Virus record (IMG/VR): IMGVR_UViG_3300048599_000879
Span: 1-37,252 of that record
Strand: one strand, 5' to 3'
Source: a virus
Lineage: Duplodnaviria; Caudoviricetes
Length of the DNA stretch: 37,252 bases
The position numbers were made by a program, and so were the translations under genes. This document shows, piece after piece, positions 16,417 through 24,194 of the stretch. Numbering within the stretch: position 1 is the stretch's first letter; the number at the start of each line of letters is the position of its first letter. The notes under the pieces were generated by a model. That model was given only the letters and a program-made list of their open reading frames with translations. It made no database searches and was not told the origin of the DNA.

Positions 16417-17659
16417 TATCCAACCCGGCGGCGTGCCCTTCGAAGAGGCCGCGCGCTTCTTCCGCGACAAGGTCCGCCTTCCAACTCGGCGATGGACGGA
16501 CATCCGTGAGGGCATGCACGCCCGCGCCTTCGTCGTTGCTGGCGCGCAGAAAGATGACCTGTTGAAAGATCTGCAGGCTTCGATCCAGAAGGCGATCGAC
16601 AATGGCACCGGCCTGCCTCAGTTCCAGAAGGACTTTGCTGAAATCACGGCGCGTCACGGCTGGACGAACTACACGGGCTCCGAAACGAGGAAGGGCCGTG
16701 CCTGGCGCACACGCACAATCTTCGAGACGAACCTCTCGATGGCGCGCGCGGCCGGCCGATGGGAGCAGATCCAACGCCAGAAGAAGCAGCGGCCGTGGCT
16801 CCGCTATGTCGCGATCCTCGACAACCACGTGCGGCCGGATCATCGGCGATGGCACGGGACGGTGCTGCCCGTGGATCACGAATGGTGGAAGACGCACTTT
16901 CCGCCGTGTGGTTGGGGCTGCCGTTGTACGGTGATGAGTCTGTCGGACCGACAGATGCGAGACTTCGGCTATGAGCCATCCAAGGCGCCACCACCTTTCG
17001 ATCCTGTCCGACGGCGGGATCCATGGGGGTCGGGACATCTCGTGCTCGATCGCGGTATCGATCCTGGCTTCAATTACAATGTCGGCGAGGCGCATGTCGG
17101 CCTGGAGCGGAGCATTCCCGAGGGCTGGGACCAGACGCAGTCGAACTGGAAGCCGCTCGAAGGTGCCGCTTATCGCGTGTTCGCACCGGCCGACTATGGT
17201 GACAAGGAGCCACTGACGCCGCGGCCAATGCCCAAGCTCGCGCCGCCGGCGCGCGACAAGGCCGAGATGGTTGAAGCCGTGAAGAAAGCCATTGGCGCCG
17301 ATCGCGTGACCCTGACGACGCCGGACGGCGCGCCGGTCGCCGTCGATGCGGAGGTCCTGGGCGGCCATCTGCCGCCGCGGCGCGCGATCTGGCTGCCCGT
17401 GCTGCGTGACCTAGTGGAGACCCCTCAGGAGGCCTGGCTGATCTTTGAGCGCAACGAACTCACTGGCCAGGTGGCACTGCGTCGTCGTCACATCGCTGTT
17501 TACGACGACCCGCGCGAGGATCGCCGCCTACTGATGATCTTCCAGGTGCTGCGCGGCGTCTTCGAGGCCTGGACGTTCATTCCCGTCGATCGAGAAGGCT
17601 ACCTGGAGCGCCGCCGTGCCGGCTTCAGGATTTGGCCGCCGGGTCGGATAATTCGCTAA
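16406..17659 (+). CDS. MuF (gp30) head morphogenesis protein with C-terminal extension, probably PBECR2-type nuclease fold
   Basis: HARAFVVAG, RTIFETN, WLRYVAILD..VRPDH, WWKTHFPPCGWGCRC, IDPGFNYNVG; then about 180 extra aa ending WTF...YLERRRAGFRIW. Confidence 0.88.
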   Translation: MPLDIQPGGVPFEEAARFFRDKVRLPTRRWTDIREGMHARAFVVAGAQKDDLLKDLQASIQKAIDNGTGLPQFQKDFAEITARHGWTNYTGSETRKGRAWRTRTIFETNLSMARAAGRWEQIQRQKKQRPWLRYVAILDNHVRPDHRRWHGTVLPVDHEWWKTHFPPCGWGCRCTVMSLSDRQMRDFGYEPSKAPPPFDPVRRRDPWGSGHLVLDRGIDPGFNYNVGEAHVGLERSIPEGWDQTQSNWKPLEGAAYRVFAPADYGDKEPLTPRPMPKLAPPARDKAEMVEAVKKAIGADRVTLTTPDGAPVAVDAEVLGGHLPPRRAIWLPVLRDLVETPQEAWLIFERNELTGQVALRRRHIAVYDDPREDRRLLMIFQVLRGVFEAWTFIPVDREGYLERRRAGFRIWPPGRIIR

Positions 17660-18140
17660 GGGGCGAGACGTGGCCAAACCAGTAGACTGCCTCTGAGTAT
17701 TTGAGGCGTTCGAGAGCACGCGTCGCTCGGTCGCTCCATGCTTCGATCGTTTTGGCCTTCACAACCTTGCCCTTGGTATCGCCGGGCTTCACGACAAAAG
17801 CCTCCGAGAAAGAACTCTGGTCCACGTATCCATGGGCCAGGGTGTTTCTCATCTCGGCGATGTCGCGGAGCTCGCCAATCGGCGCGCCGCTCAGCTTTAG
17901 GAGGTCCACGCCGCCGAAGGCATCCAGCAAGTCGACCTTTGAGGCGAAGTTCCTGCCAATGTTCTTTGGCAGTGGTCGCTTGATGACCTGGTACGCGTAG
18001 CCCACCAGCTTCGTCACCAGGTCGTCGAGCTCATTGAAGGTGACGATGAATTCACCGAGAGCGGCTTGGTAGTTCAGCCGAACACTCGGATCAGCGAACG
18101 GCTCGTCGTCTGGATAGAAGTCCGATTCCTCAACGTACAT
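17625..18140 (-). CDS. HEPN-motif protein (moron)
   Basis: ALGEFIVTFNELD helix and R-x4-H motif RNTLAHG (17849-17832); GGAG upstream of ATG 18140; opposite strand to the late operon. Confidence 0.7.
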   Translation of the reverse strand: MYVEESDFYPDDEPFADPSVRLNYQAALGEFIVTFNELDDLVTKLVGYAYQVIKRPLPKNIGRNFASKVDLLDAFGGVDLLKLSGAPIGELRDIAEMRNTLAHGYVDQSSFSEAFVVKPGDTKGKVVKAKTIEAWSDRATRALERLKYSEAVYWFGHVSPLSELSDPAAKS

Positions 18141-18299
18141 CGAACAGGTGCTCCGAATCATTCCGGCCTTCGTTTCCGGAGTCTTGGTTCCTCGCCATGG
18201 TCACCCCCAAAGCGACGGGCCCGGAGACCACCCGAGCCCTTACCCGGCGGGGGAATACAGCCGTGGCCGGCCACCCTCGCCATCGTCGCGGCCAGTCTA

Positions 18300-18500
18300 G
18301 GCTGGCCCGGATGGTTTCGGAAGGGTCGGAGGAGACGGGCCAAAACCCGGTTAGAGCGCCCTGGGACGCCCGAACCCCCATGCCGGCCGCCGGAACAGGC
18401 GCTTACGGCAATTATTCTGAATTAAACGGGCCTTCAGCCGGGACCGATGACCCGGCCTGGCGCCCGAGGGGTGCCGAAGGCGACTTTTGGCCAGATCGAG
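18300..18500. other. Candidate strong gyrase site (phased A/T tracts near genome centre)
   Basis: Apparently non-coding, just upstream of the protease gene and near the window midpoint (18626); A/T runs recur about every 10 bp from 18342 to 18434. Confidence 0.5.
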
Positions 18501-18526
18501 GTGGGGCGGAAAGTCCATCCGCCCAA

Positions 18527-18567
18527 CCCGCGTTAGCCTGATCCGGGTGCCGGGGCGGCCATAGGGT
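18527..18567 (+). promoter_or_regulatory. Late promoter upstream of the protease (PI-like)
   Basis: CCCGCGTTAGCCTGATC-N16-CATAG with -10-like TAGGGT; same motif and spacing as at 10377. Confidence 0.7.
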
Positions 18568-18575
18568 CGCCCACG

Positions 18576-19820
18576 ATGACGACCGAAAGCAACCTGATTC
18601 CTGCAGCGACCGCCGACCGGGCCGCCAGCACTGCGTACTTGGTGCTGGCGGCCAACGTGGCCATCGCGCTCAACCGCGCAGAGGACGAGCTGCCGGCGGG
18701 TTCCGAGTTGGCGGTGTGCTTCACCGCCATCGGGATTGCTCAGGGCCAGGAGCTGCCGGCCGAGCTCGAACTGATCCCCGCCGGCACGTTCACCGGCCGC
18801 GACGGCCGCACCTGGACCAACGACCAGCCCGATCTGGTCATCGCCCTGTCCGAAAAGCTGCGGCTGCCGGTGGGCTACTGCGTCGACGCCGACCACCAGC
18901 TGAACTACGCGGCAAACGACCAGGTCGGTGGCGAAGCGCCGGCATATGGCTGGATTGCCAGCCTTGAAAACCGGAATGGCGCCATCTGGGGCAAGGTCGA
19001 ATGGACCGAGCTCGGCGCTAATGCCGTGAAGGGCAAGGTCTATCGCGGCCTCTCGCCGGTCTTTGCCTTCGACAAGGAGACGGGGCGCGTCCTCGCCTTC
19101 ATGTCGGCCTCTCTCACCAACAAGCCCAACCTGACGCTGACGGCCTTCAATTCCCGTCAGCGCAATCCTGCTCAACCGGAGAAGTCCAACATGAAGAAGA
19201 TTGCGGAGCTGCTCGGCCTGGCCGCCGACGCCACCGACGAACAGGTCCAGGCCGCCCTCAATGCGGTGCTCGGGCTGCTGGGCGCCCTGGCGGGCGCGAT
19301 CGGCGTCGACGTGAAGGCCGCCATGGCGCTCAACGCCGAACAGCTCACCACTGCGCTGACGAAGAAGTTCGGCGGCGCCAGCGACGTCCTGGTCGCGCTC
19401 TGCACGAAGGCCGGGGTGAAAGTCGATGCAACGGCCGAGTCCATCCTGGTCGCGCTGCAGTCCCAGATCTCGGATCCGACCAAGTTCGTGCCGATGGAGG
19501 CGCATCTCGCGCTGAAGACCGAGCTCGACAAGCTCCAGGGCTCCAAGCCAGTCGAGCTCGTCGAATGGGCCTTGCAGCACGGGAAGCTCTACCCCTCGCA
19601 AAAGGATTGGGGGCTGGCCTACGCCGCAAAGGACCTCGAAGGCTTCAAGAAGTACATCGGCGTCACGCCCGAGCTCCTGGGCTCGATCACGCCTCCGTCG
19701 AGCCAGCGCGGCGACGCGGATCGGCACGGCCTGACCGACGGTCAGCTCGCCATCTGCTCGAACCTCGGGCTCGATCCCAAGGCCTACGCCGCGACATTGA
19801 AGTCGCAGGCGACCGCCTAA
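18576..19820 (+). CDS. Mu-like prohead protease I (with C-terminal scaffold)
   Basis: LIPAGTFTGRDGR, DADHQ, APAYGWI, VEWT..G..AV...YRGLSPVF, LTNKPNL, and C-terminal QLAICSNLGLD. Confidence 0.92.
   Translation: MTTESNLIPAATADRAASTAYLVLAANVAIALNRAEDELPAGSELAVCFTAIGIAQGQELPAELELIPAGTFTGRDGRTWTNDQPDLVIALSEKLRLPVGYCVDADHQLNYAANDQVGGEAPAYGWIASLENRNGAIWGKVEWTELGANAVKGKVYRGLSPVFAFDKETGRVLAFMSASLTNKPNLTLTAFNSRQRNPAQPEKSNMKKIAELLGLAADATDEQVQAALNAVLGLLGALAGAIGVDVKAAMALNAEQLTTALTKKFGGASDVLVALCTKAGVKVDATAESILVALQSQISDPTKFVPMEAHLALKTELDKLQGSKPVELVEWALQHGKLYPSQKDWGLAYAAKDLEGFKKYIGVTPELLGSITPPSSQRGDADRHGLTDGQLAICSNLGLDPKAYAATLKSQATA
19191..19820 (+). CDS. Scaffold protein Z-like, internal in-frame start
   Basis: GGAG at 19178-19181 then in-frame ATG 19191 (MKKIAELLGL), right after the protease domain; same arrangement as Mu I/Z. 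Confidence 0.7.
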   Translation: MKKIAELLGLAADATDEQVQAALNAVLGLLGALAGAIGVDVKAAMALNAEQLTTALTKKFGGASDVLVALCTKAGVKVDATAESILVALQSQISDPTKFVPMEAHLALKTELDKLQGSKPVELVEWALQHGKLYPSQKDWGLAYAAKDLEGFKKYIGVTPELLGSITPPSSQRGDADRHGLTDGQLAICSNLGLDPKAYAATLKSQATA

Positions 19821-19856
19821 CTCACCACCACACCATCACCATCAGGAGCATCAGGC

Positions 19857-20261
19857 ATGACTGCCGCCACTGCCGATCGTGACACCCCGAAGCGTCGTGG
19901 GGGCCAGCGAGCTTTCCCCGTCGCCGCCAGCAAGGCCTGCTACGCCGGCTGCATCGCCGTGCTGAGCGCGGGCCGCCTGCAGCCGATGACGACGGCGACC
20001 AGCCTCAAAGCCGTCGGCGTCTTCGCCCAGGGCTCCATTAACGCCGCCCAAGACACGCTGGTGAAGACCGAGCGCGATGGCTGGTACCGCTTCGCCAACT
20101 CCACGGCCGGCGACGCGATCGCGCTCTCGGACGTCGGCGCCGACTGTTACGGCGTCGACGACACCACCGTCGCCAAGACGGACGGCACGGGCACGCGGTC
20201 GGTGGCCGGCGTGATCCGCGACGTCGACGCGGTCGGCGTCTGGATCGAGTTCAAGAACTAG
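19857..20261 (+). CDS. Putative capsid decoration/cement protein
   Basis: TADRDTPKR..FPVAA, DVGADCYGVDDTTVAKT..GTRSVAG; between protease and capsid. Confidence 0.7.
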   Translation: MTAATADRDTPKRRGGQRAFPVAASKACYAGCIAVLSAGRLQPMTTATSLKAVGVFAQGSINAAQDTLVKTERDGWYRFANSTAGDAIALSDVGADCYGVDDTTVAKTDGTGTRSVAGVIRDVDAVGVWIEFKN

Positions 20262-20293
20262 GCCCCATCGCGGGCAAGGAGCCGAGACAACAC

Positions 20294-21193
20294 ATGATCA
20301 TCAATCGCGCGAACCTGCAGGAGCTCTACACGGGCTTCAACACGTCTTTCCGCTCTGGTCTGCAGGCCAGTGTTCCGAAGCAGCGCGGCGTGTTCTGCTA
20401 CGACACACCGATTACCAGCGGCAGCAAGTCCATCTATCCCTGGGTTAGCCAGCTGCCGCGGGTTCGCGAGTGGATCGGCGAGCGCCAGGCACGGCGCCTG
20501 TCGGGCCTCAAGCTGGAGATCACAAACAAGCCGTTCGAATCCACCGTTCGCGTCGATCGTGACGATATCGAGGACGATGAGTACGGCTCCTACGCTCCGG
20601 CGTTCCTGGGCATGGGACAGGAAGGCACGCGCTGGAAGGATGAGTTCGTATTCGGCGCCCTGAATGCCGCCTTCAGCACGGTCTGTTGGGATGGCCAGTA
20701 CGCGTGCGATACCGATCATCCGGTCTTCGATGAGAATGGCGTCCAGATCTCGGTGTCCAACAGCCAGGGCGGCAGCAGTGCGCCGTGGTTTATGGTTGAT
20801 CATTCGCGCGGCGTCTTCCAGCCGATGATCTTCCAGACGCGTCGGGACTTCTCCCTGGTCGCACTCGATCGCGAGACGGATCCGAACGTCTTCAATCAAC
20901 GCGAATTCGTCTACGGTATGGACGGCCGCTTCAACGTGGCCTTCGCCTTCTGGTGGCTGATCTACGGCTCGAAGCAGACGCTCGACGCCACCAACTTCAA
21001 CTCGGCCTATGCCGCCATGCTGGGCATGGTGACCGACGGCAACAAGAAGCTGGGCGTCCTGCCGACGCACCTGGTGTGCGGCCCGAGCAATCGCGCTGCT
21101 GCGAAGACGGTGCTGGCCGAGCGTCTCGCCGGTGGTGCCGACAACCCCAACTTCAAGGCCGTCGAGCTGGTCGTCTCGCCGTACCTGACCTAG
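20294..21193 (+). CDS. Major capsid protein (Mu gpT-like)
   Basis: MIINRANL, PRVREWIGER, NKPFESTV.V.RDDIEDD, DGQY..DTDHPV, LGVLPTHLV, ELVVSPYL. Confidence 0.95.
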   Translation: MIINRANLQELYTGFNTSFRSGLQASVPKQRGVFCYDTPITSGSKSIYPWVSQLPRVREWIGERQARRLSGLKLEITNKPFESTVRVDRDDIEDDEYGSYAPAFLGMGQEGTRWKDEFVFGALNAAFSTVCWDGQYACDTDHPVFDENGVQISVSNSQGGSSAPWFMVDHSRGVFQPMIFQTRRDFSLVALDRETDPNVFNQREFVYGMDGRFNVAFAFWWLIYGSKQTLDATNFNSAYAAMLGMVTDGNKKLGVLPTHLVCGPSNRAAAKTVLAERLAGGADNPNFKAVELVVSPYLT

Positions 21194-21194
21194 G

Positions 21195-21252
21195 CGCTTG
21201 CGCAAGCGAGCGGGCAGCGGGCGACAGGGGCTGTAACCAGCCCCAACAGCCC
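21195..21252 (+). other. Tandem RNA hairpins directly after the capsid stop
   Basis: CGCTTGC-GCAA-GCGAGCG (GNRA loop) and GGGC-GACA-GGGGCTG-TAAC-CAGCCCC-AACA-GCCC. Confidence 0.6.
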
Positions 21253-21293
21253 ACTCAGCACAGAAAAGACACTGAAGTCACCAGGAGGGCCGA

Positions 21294-21563
21294 ATGGCCA
21301 AGGACAAGAGCAACGAGAAGTTCGAAAGCGCGCTGCGCGTCACCTCGACGATCGCCGGCTTTCGCCGCGGCGGCATCGGTCATCCGGCGGCCGAGGTTAC
21401 GCATCCGCCTGGCACGTTCACGCAAGAGCAGGCCGAGCAGATCCTGGGCGAGCCCGCCCTGGTCGCGAAGGCGCTGACCGAAGCCGAATGGAAGGCCCAT
21501 CAGGGCGCCGAGAAGAAGTCGGGCAAGGGCACCGCGGATCCGAGCGGCCAGGCCGCCACGTAG
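21294..21563 (+). CDS. Mu gp35/HI1506-like protein
   Basis: LRVTS..AGFRRGG..H...FT.EQ...I..EP.L; AGGAGG RBS; follows the capsid gene. Confidence 0.78.
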   Translation: MAKDKSNEKFESALRVTSTIAGFRRGGIGHPAAEVTHPPGTFTQEQAEQILGEPALVAKALTEAEWKAHQGAEKKSGKGTADPSGQAAT

Positions 21564-21602
21564 GCATCGATATTCCTGAGGAGCGGCCGCAGGCGCGTTC
21601 CT

Positions 21603-21665
21603 GGGAGGCGGCGGACGTCGCCTCCCGCCTCGCAAGCCTCGCCGCCCGGCGGTGCTTCCGAGGCG
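21603..21665 (+). other. Two strong hairpins between gp35 and gp36
   Basis: GGGAGGCGGC-GGAC-GTCGCCTCCC, then GCCTCG-C-AAGC...GCTT-C-CGAGGC; no U-tract. Confidence 0.55.
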
Positions 21666-21702
21666 TCCACCCGAACCGATCGACGAAGTCTAGCCACCCA
21701 AC

Positions 21703-22131
21703 ATGTCTGCCTACTGCACCCAGGAGAACCTACTCGTTCGCTTCGGCTCGGCCGAGCTGCTTGGCATTGCCGATCGCGATGGCGACGGCGTGGTCGACGC
21801 AGACGTGGTGACGTCGGCGATCGAGACAGCTTCGTCGATCATCGACAGTTACATCGGCACGCGCTACGCGCTACCGCTGGTGACGGTGCCCGCGACGCTG
21901 AAGGCGATCTGCGAGGATCTCGCCCGGCATGCGCTCTACACCGTCGAGCCGATGAAGATCGTCACGGACAATCGCGACGCCGCAATCGCTCGCCTGAAGG
22001 ATATCTCGCGGGGCATTGCCAGCCTCGACGTGCCGACACCGCCGCCGGCGTCGTTTTCCGACTCCGGAATCCAGATCATGGTCGACGGTCTCGATCGCAG
22101 CACCTCGCGCGCCGAATTGAGGAAGCTCTGA
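21703..22131 (+). CDS. Mu gp36 (DUF1320) head-tail adaptor
   Basis: YCTQENLLVRFG..EL, IDSYIGTRYALPL, ICEDLARHALY, LKDISRG. Confidence 0.88.
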   Translation: MSAYCTQENLLVRFGSAELLGIADRDGDGVVDADVVTSAIETASSIIDSYIGTRYALPLVTVPATLKAICEDLARHALYTVEPMKIVTDNRDAAIARLKDISRGIASLDVPTPPPASFSDSGIQIMVDGLDRSTSRAELRKL

Positions 22132-22649
22132 TGGCTGGCTTCACCATGCGCTTCGTGCTCGACGACGCCGAGCTGATGGCTCAGGTCGACGGCCTCATTG
22201 CGCGCGGCGGCGATCTCAGCGAGCCGCTCGACGATATCGGTCAGGACATGGTGTCGATCACCATCCGGGCCTTCGAAGATAGTCGGTCGCCGGAAGGCGT
22301 CGCTTGGCAGCCATCAGCCGCCGCTGTCGCCGAAGGCCGCAAGACCCTGATCGACCGCGGCCAGCGCGGCGGTCTGATGGGCTCGCAGTCCTACGTCGTG
22401 GGCCCGCGTGGCGTTACCTACGGTACCAACATCGTCTATGCCGCGATCCACCAGTCCGGCGGTTCGATCTCCCATGCTGGGCGGCAAGGCACTTCGGACG
22501 CCGGCACCGGCTTCGGCCAGACGCTTGCCGAGGCGATCATCACATTCCCGGCACGGCCGTTCATCGGTCGATCGGACGCCGATCAAGCGCGCTGGGCCGA
22601 TACTCTGGCCGAATACCTCGCCGGCAGCACTGTTGGTGGTGCCGCATGA
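22131..22649 (+). CDS. Virion morphogenesis protein (Mu G / tail-completion family)
   Basis: F...RSPEG..WQP, KTLID.G, GTNIVYAAIHQ.GG, PARPFIG. Confidence 0.85.
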   Translation: MAGFTMRFVLDDAELMAQVDGLIARGGDLSEPLDDIGQDMVSITIRAFEDSRSPEGVAWQPSAAAVAEGRKTLIDRGQRGGLMGSQSYVVGPRGVTYGTNIVYAAIHQSGGSISHAGRQGTSDAGTGFGQTLAEAIITFPARPFIGRSDADQARWADTLAEYLAGSTVGGAA

Positions 22650-23080
22650 TCGACGCCATCATTGGCCGTCTGCAAAACCACTGCCCGACCCTCAAGACGG
22701 TTCAAGGCGCGGTCGATCTGGCGGGACTCATGGAACACCAGTTCGCCGTCCCGTTCGAGAAGCGCCCGGCCGCCTATCCGATGTTTGCCGGCGACCAGGT
22801 CGGCCGGAACGAGGCCGCGGCGTACCAGGTCGTTCAGACCGTCACGGAGCAGGCCGTCATCACGCTCTGCGTCGGCGACGGAAGCACGGGCGGCAGCCAG
22901 GCCGGCAAGGACGCGATCGTGACAGTGCGCGACGCTGTCCGCGATTGCCTCATGGGCTGGGTGCCCGAGGCCGAGCGCGGCGCGCTGCACTACCGCGGCA
23001 CGCAGATGCTCGCAATGCGTCCGCGCACGATCTGGTTCCAGGTCTCTTTCAGCCGCCAGTACGGCGTCAGCGCCGTTTGA
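22646..23080 (+). CDS. Tail terminator (Mu gp37-like)
   Basis: MIDAIIGRL...VQGAVDL, PAAY, VRDCLMGWVP; ATGA overlap and position. Confidence 0.72.
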   Translation: MIDAIIGRLQNHCPTLKTVQGAVDLAGLMEHQFAVPFEKRPAAYPMFAGDQVGRNEAAAYQVVQTVTEQAVITLCVGDGSTGGSQAGKDAIVTVRDAVRDCLMGWVPEAERGALHYRGTQMLAMRPRTIWFQVSFSRQYGVSAV

Positions 23081-23089
23081 GGAGCTCGC

Positions 23090-23263
23090 ATGGCCAAGAA
23101 CAATCCGACGCCACCCAAGCCGTCACCGGATCAGGCACCGCCCGAGCCGGTGTACGCGCCGCCGACCAAAGGTGGTGCCTATGAGCGCCTGCCGGGTGGC
23201 GCTCTGCGCGAGATGACGCCGCCGCCGGCCGCGCCGGCAGAGCCCGCTACCGAGGAGAAGTGA
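23090..23263 (+). CDS. 57-aa Pro-rich protein (absent from ORF track)
   Basis: GAGGAG RBS, ATG 23090, MAKNNPTPPKP...KGGAYERLPGGAL...EEK; its stop overlaps the GTG of the tail tube gene. Confidence 0.75.
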   Translation: MAKNNPTPPKPSPDQAPPEPVYAPPTKGGAYERLPGGALREMTPPPAAPAEPATEEK

Positions 23264-24186
23264 GCATGATTCGCGCTGAGCGCATGGTCGCACTGGCCAC
23301 CACTGAAATCGCTTACGGCACCGACCCAACGCCGGCCGCGGCCGTCCTGCTCCGGGAAATCGAGATCAACGACGTCGAGGGCGATCTGGTCGAGGTCGAC
23401 GCCATCAGGTCCGGCATGGGCGGACGCGCCAAGGCGCTGCACGGCCGGCACGTCAGCATCAAGGGCAAGATCTTCCTGGGTGGCTCGGGCGCGGCGGGCA
23501 CGGCGCCGGCCTGGGATTGGCTCGCGCGCTGCACAGCGCACGCTGCTGTCGTTACGGCCGCCACGAAGGTCGAATACACGCCGATCGACTTCGGTCACGA
23601 GTCGGCGGCGATATACTTCAACGTCGAAGGCAATCGCACGAAGATCCTGGGTATCCGCGGAAGCCTGACCTTCCGATGGACAGTCGGGCAGTTCCCCGAA
23701 GCCGAGTTCGACCTTCTGGGGCTGTTCGATGCCAACGTCGCGGCGGCGTTTCCCACGGTCAATACGACCGCCTGGAAGATTCCGCCTCTGTTCGGCAAGG
23801 ATACCGTGCCGAGCTGCAAGATCGGCGGCGTCGACGAGGTTCTGCAGGCGATCGAGCTCAAGAACGGCGTCGCGCGCGAATACAGCGAGCTTATCAATCG
23901 TCGCGAGATCGATATCACCGATCGCCGCCCGTCAGTCGACGCGACCATTCTCGCGCCCAACTTCTCCGACCGCATCTACCAGGACGCGATCGGCAAGCCT
24001 GGCGTCTACAGGACGCTGGCGATGACCCACGGCGCGACTGCCGGCGCCATCATCAAGCTCGATGTCACGCAGTGGCAGATGCAATCCCTGAAGCCCACGA
24101 GGATCTCCGACAAGGCCGGCATCCAGCTCGGCGGCGAGATCCTGCCGGGTTCCGCCATCCCCGACTACAAAATCACCGCGCAATAG
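23260..24186 (+). CDS. Major tail tube protein (non-contractile tail)
   Basis: E..YGTDP, GSGAAGTAPAW, G.RGSLTF, ITDRRPS; position before chaperones and tape measure; no sheath gene recognised. Alternative ATG at 23266. Confidence 0.8.
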   Translation: MSMIRAERMVALATTEIAYGTDPTPAAAVLLREIEINDVEGDLVEVDAIRSGMGGRAKALHGRHVSIKGKIFLGGSGAAGTAPAWDWLARCTAHAAVVTAATKVEYTPIDFGHESAAIYFNVEGNRTKILGIRGSLTFRWTVGQFPEAEFDLLGLFDANVAAAFPTVNTTAWKIPPLFGKDTVPSCKIGGVDEVLQAIELKNGVAREYSELINRREIDITDRRPSVDATILAPNFSDRIYQDAIGKPGVYRTLAMTHGATAGAIIKLDVTQWQMQSLKPTRISDKAGIQLGGEILPGSAIPDYKITAQ

Positions 24187-24194
24187 AGGCAACG

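Noticed and set aside
18351-19727. 458-aa minus-strand ORF, and similar long antisense ORFs (e.g. 16220-17368, 20258-21205, 25290-26234, 32684-33895)
   Set aside because: Shadow frames opposite well-supported genes, expected in GC-rich DNA; no recognisable motifs.
19821-19856. CACCA/CATCA short repeats before the decoration gene
   Set aside because: Short low-complexity unstructured leader before an RBS; no further support.
21191-21296. Stop-codon readthrough from the capsid gene into the gp35-like gene
   Set aside because: The downstream gene is in a different frame and has its own AGGAGG RBS; no slippery site seen.
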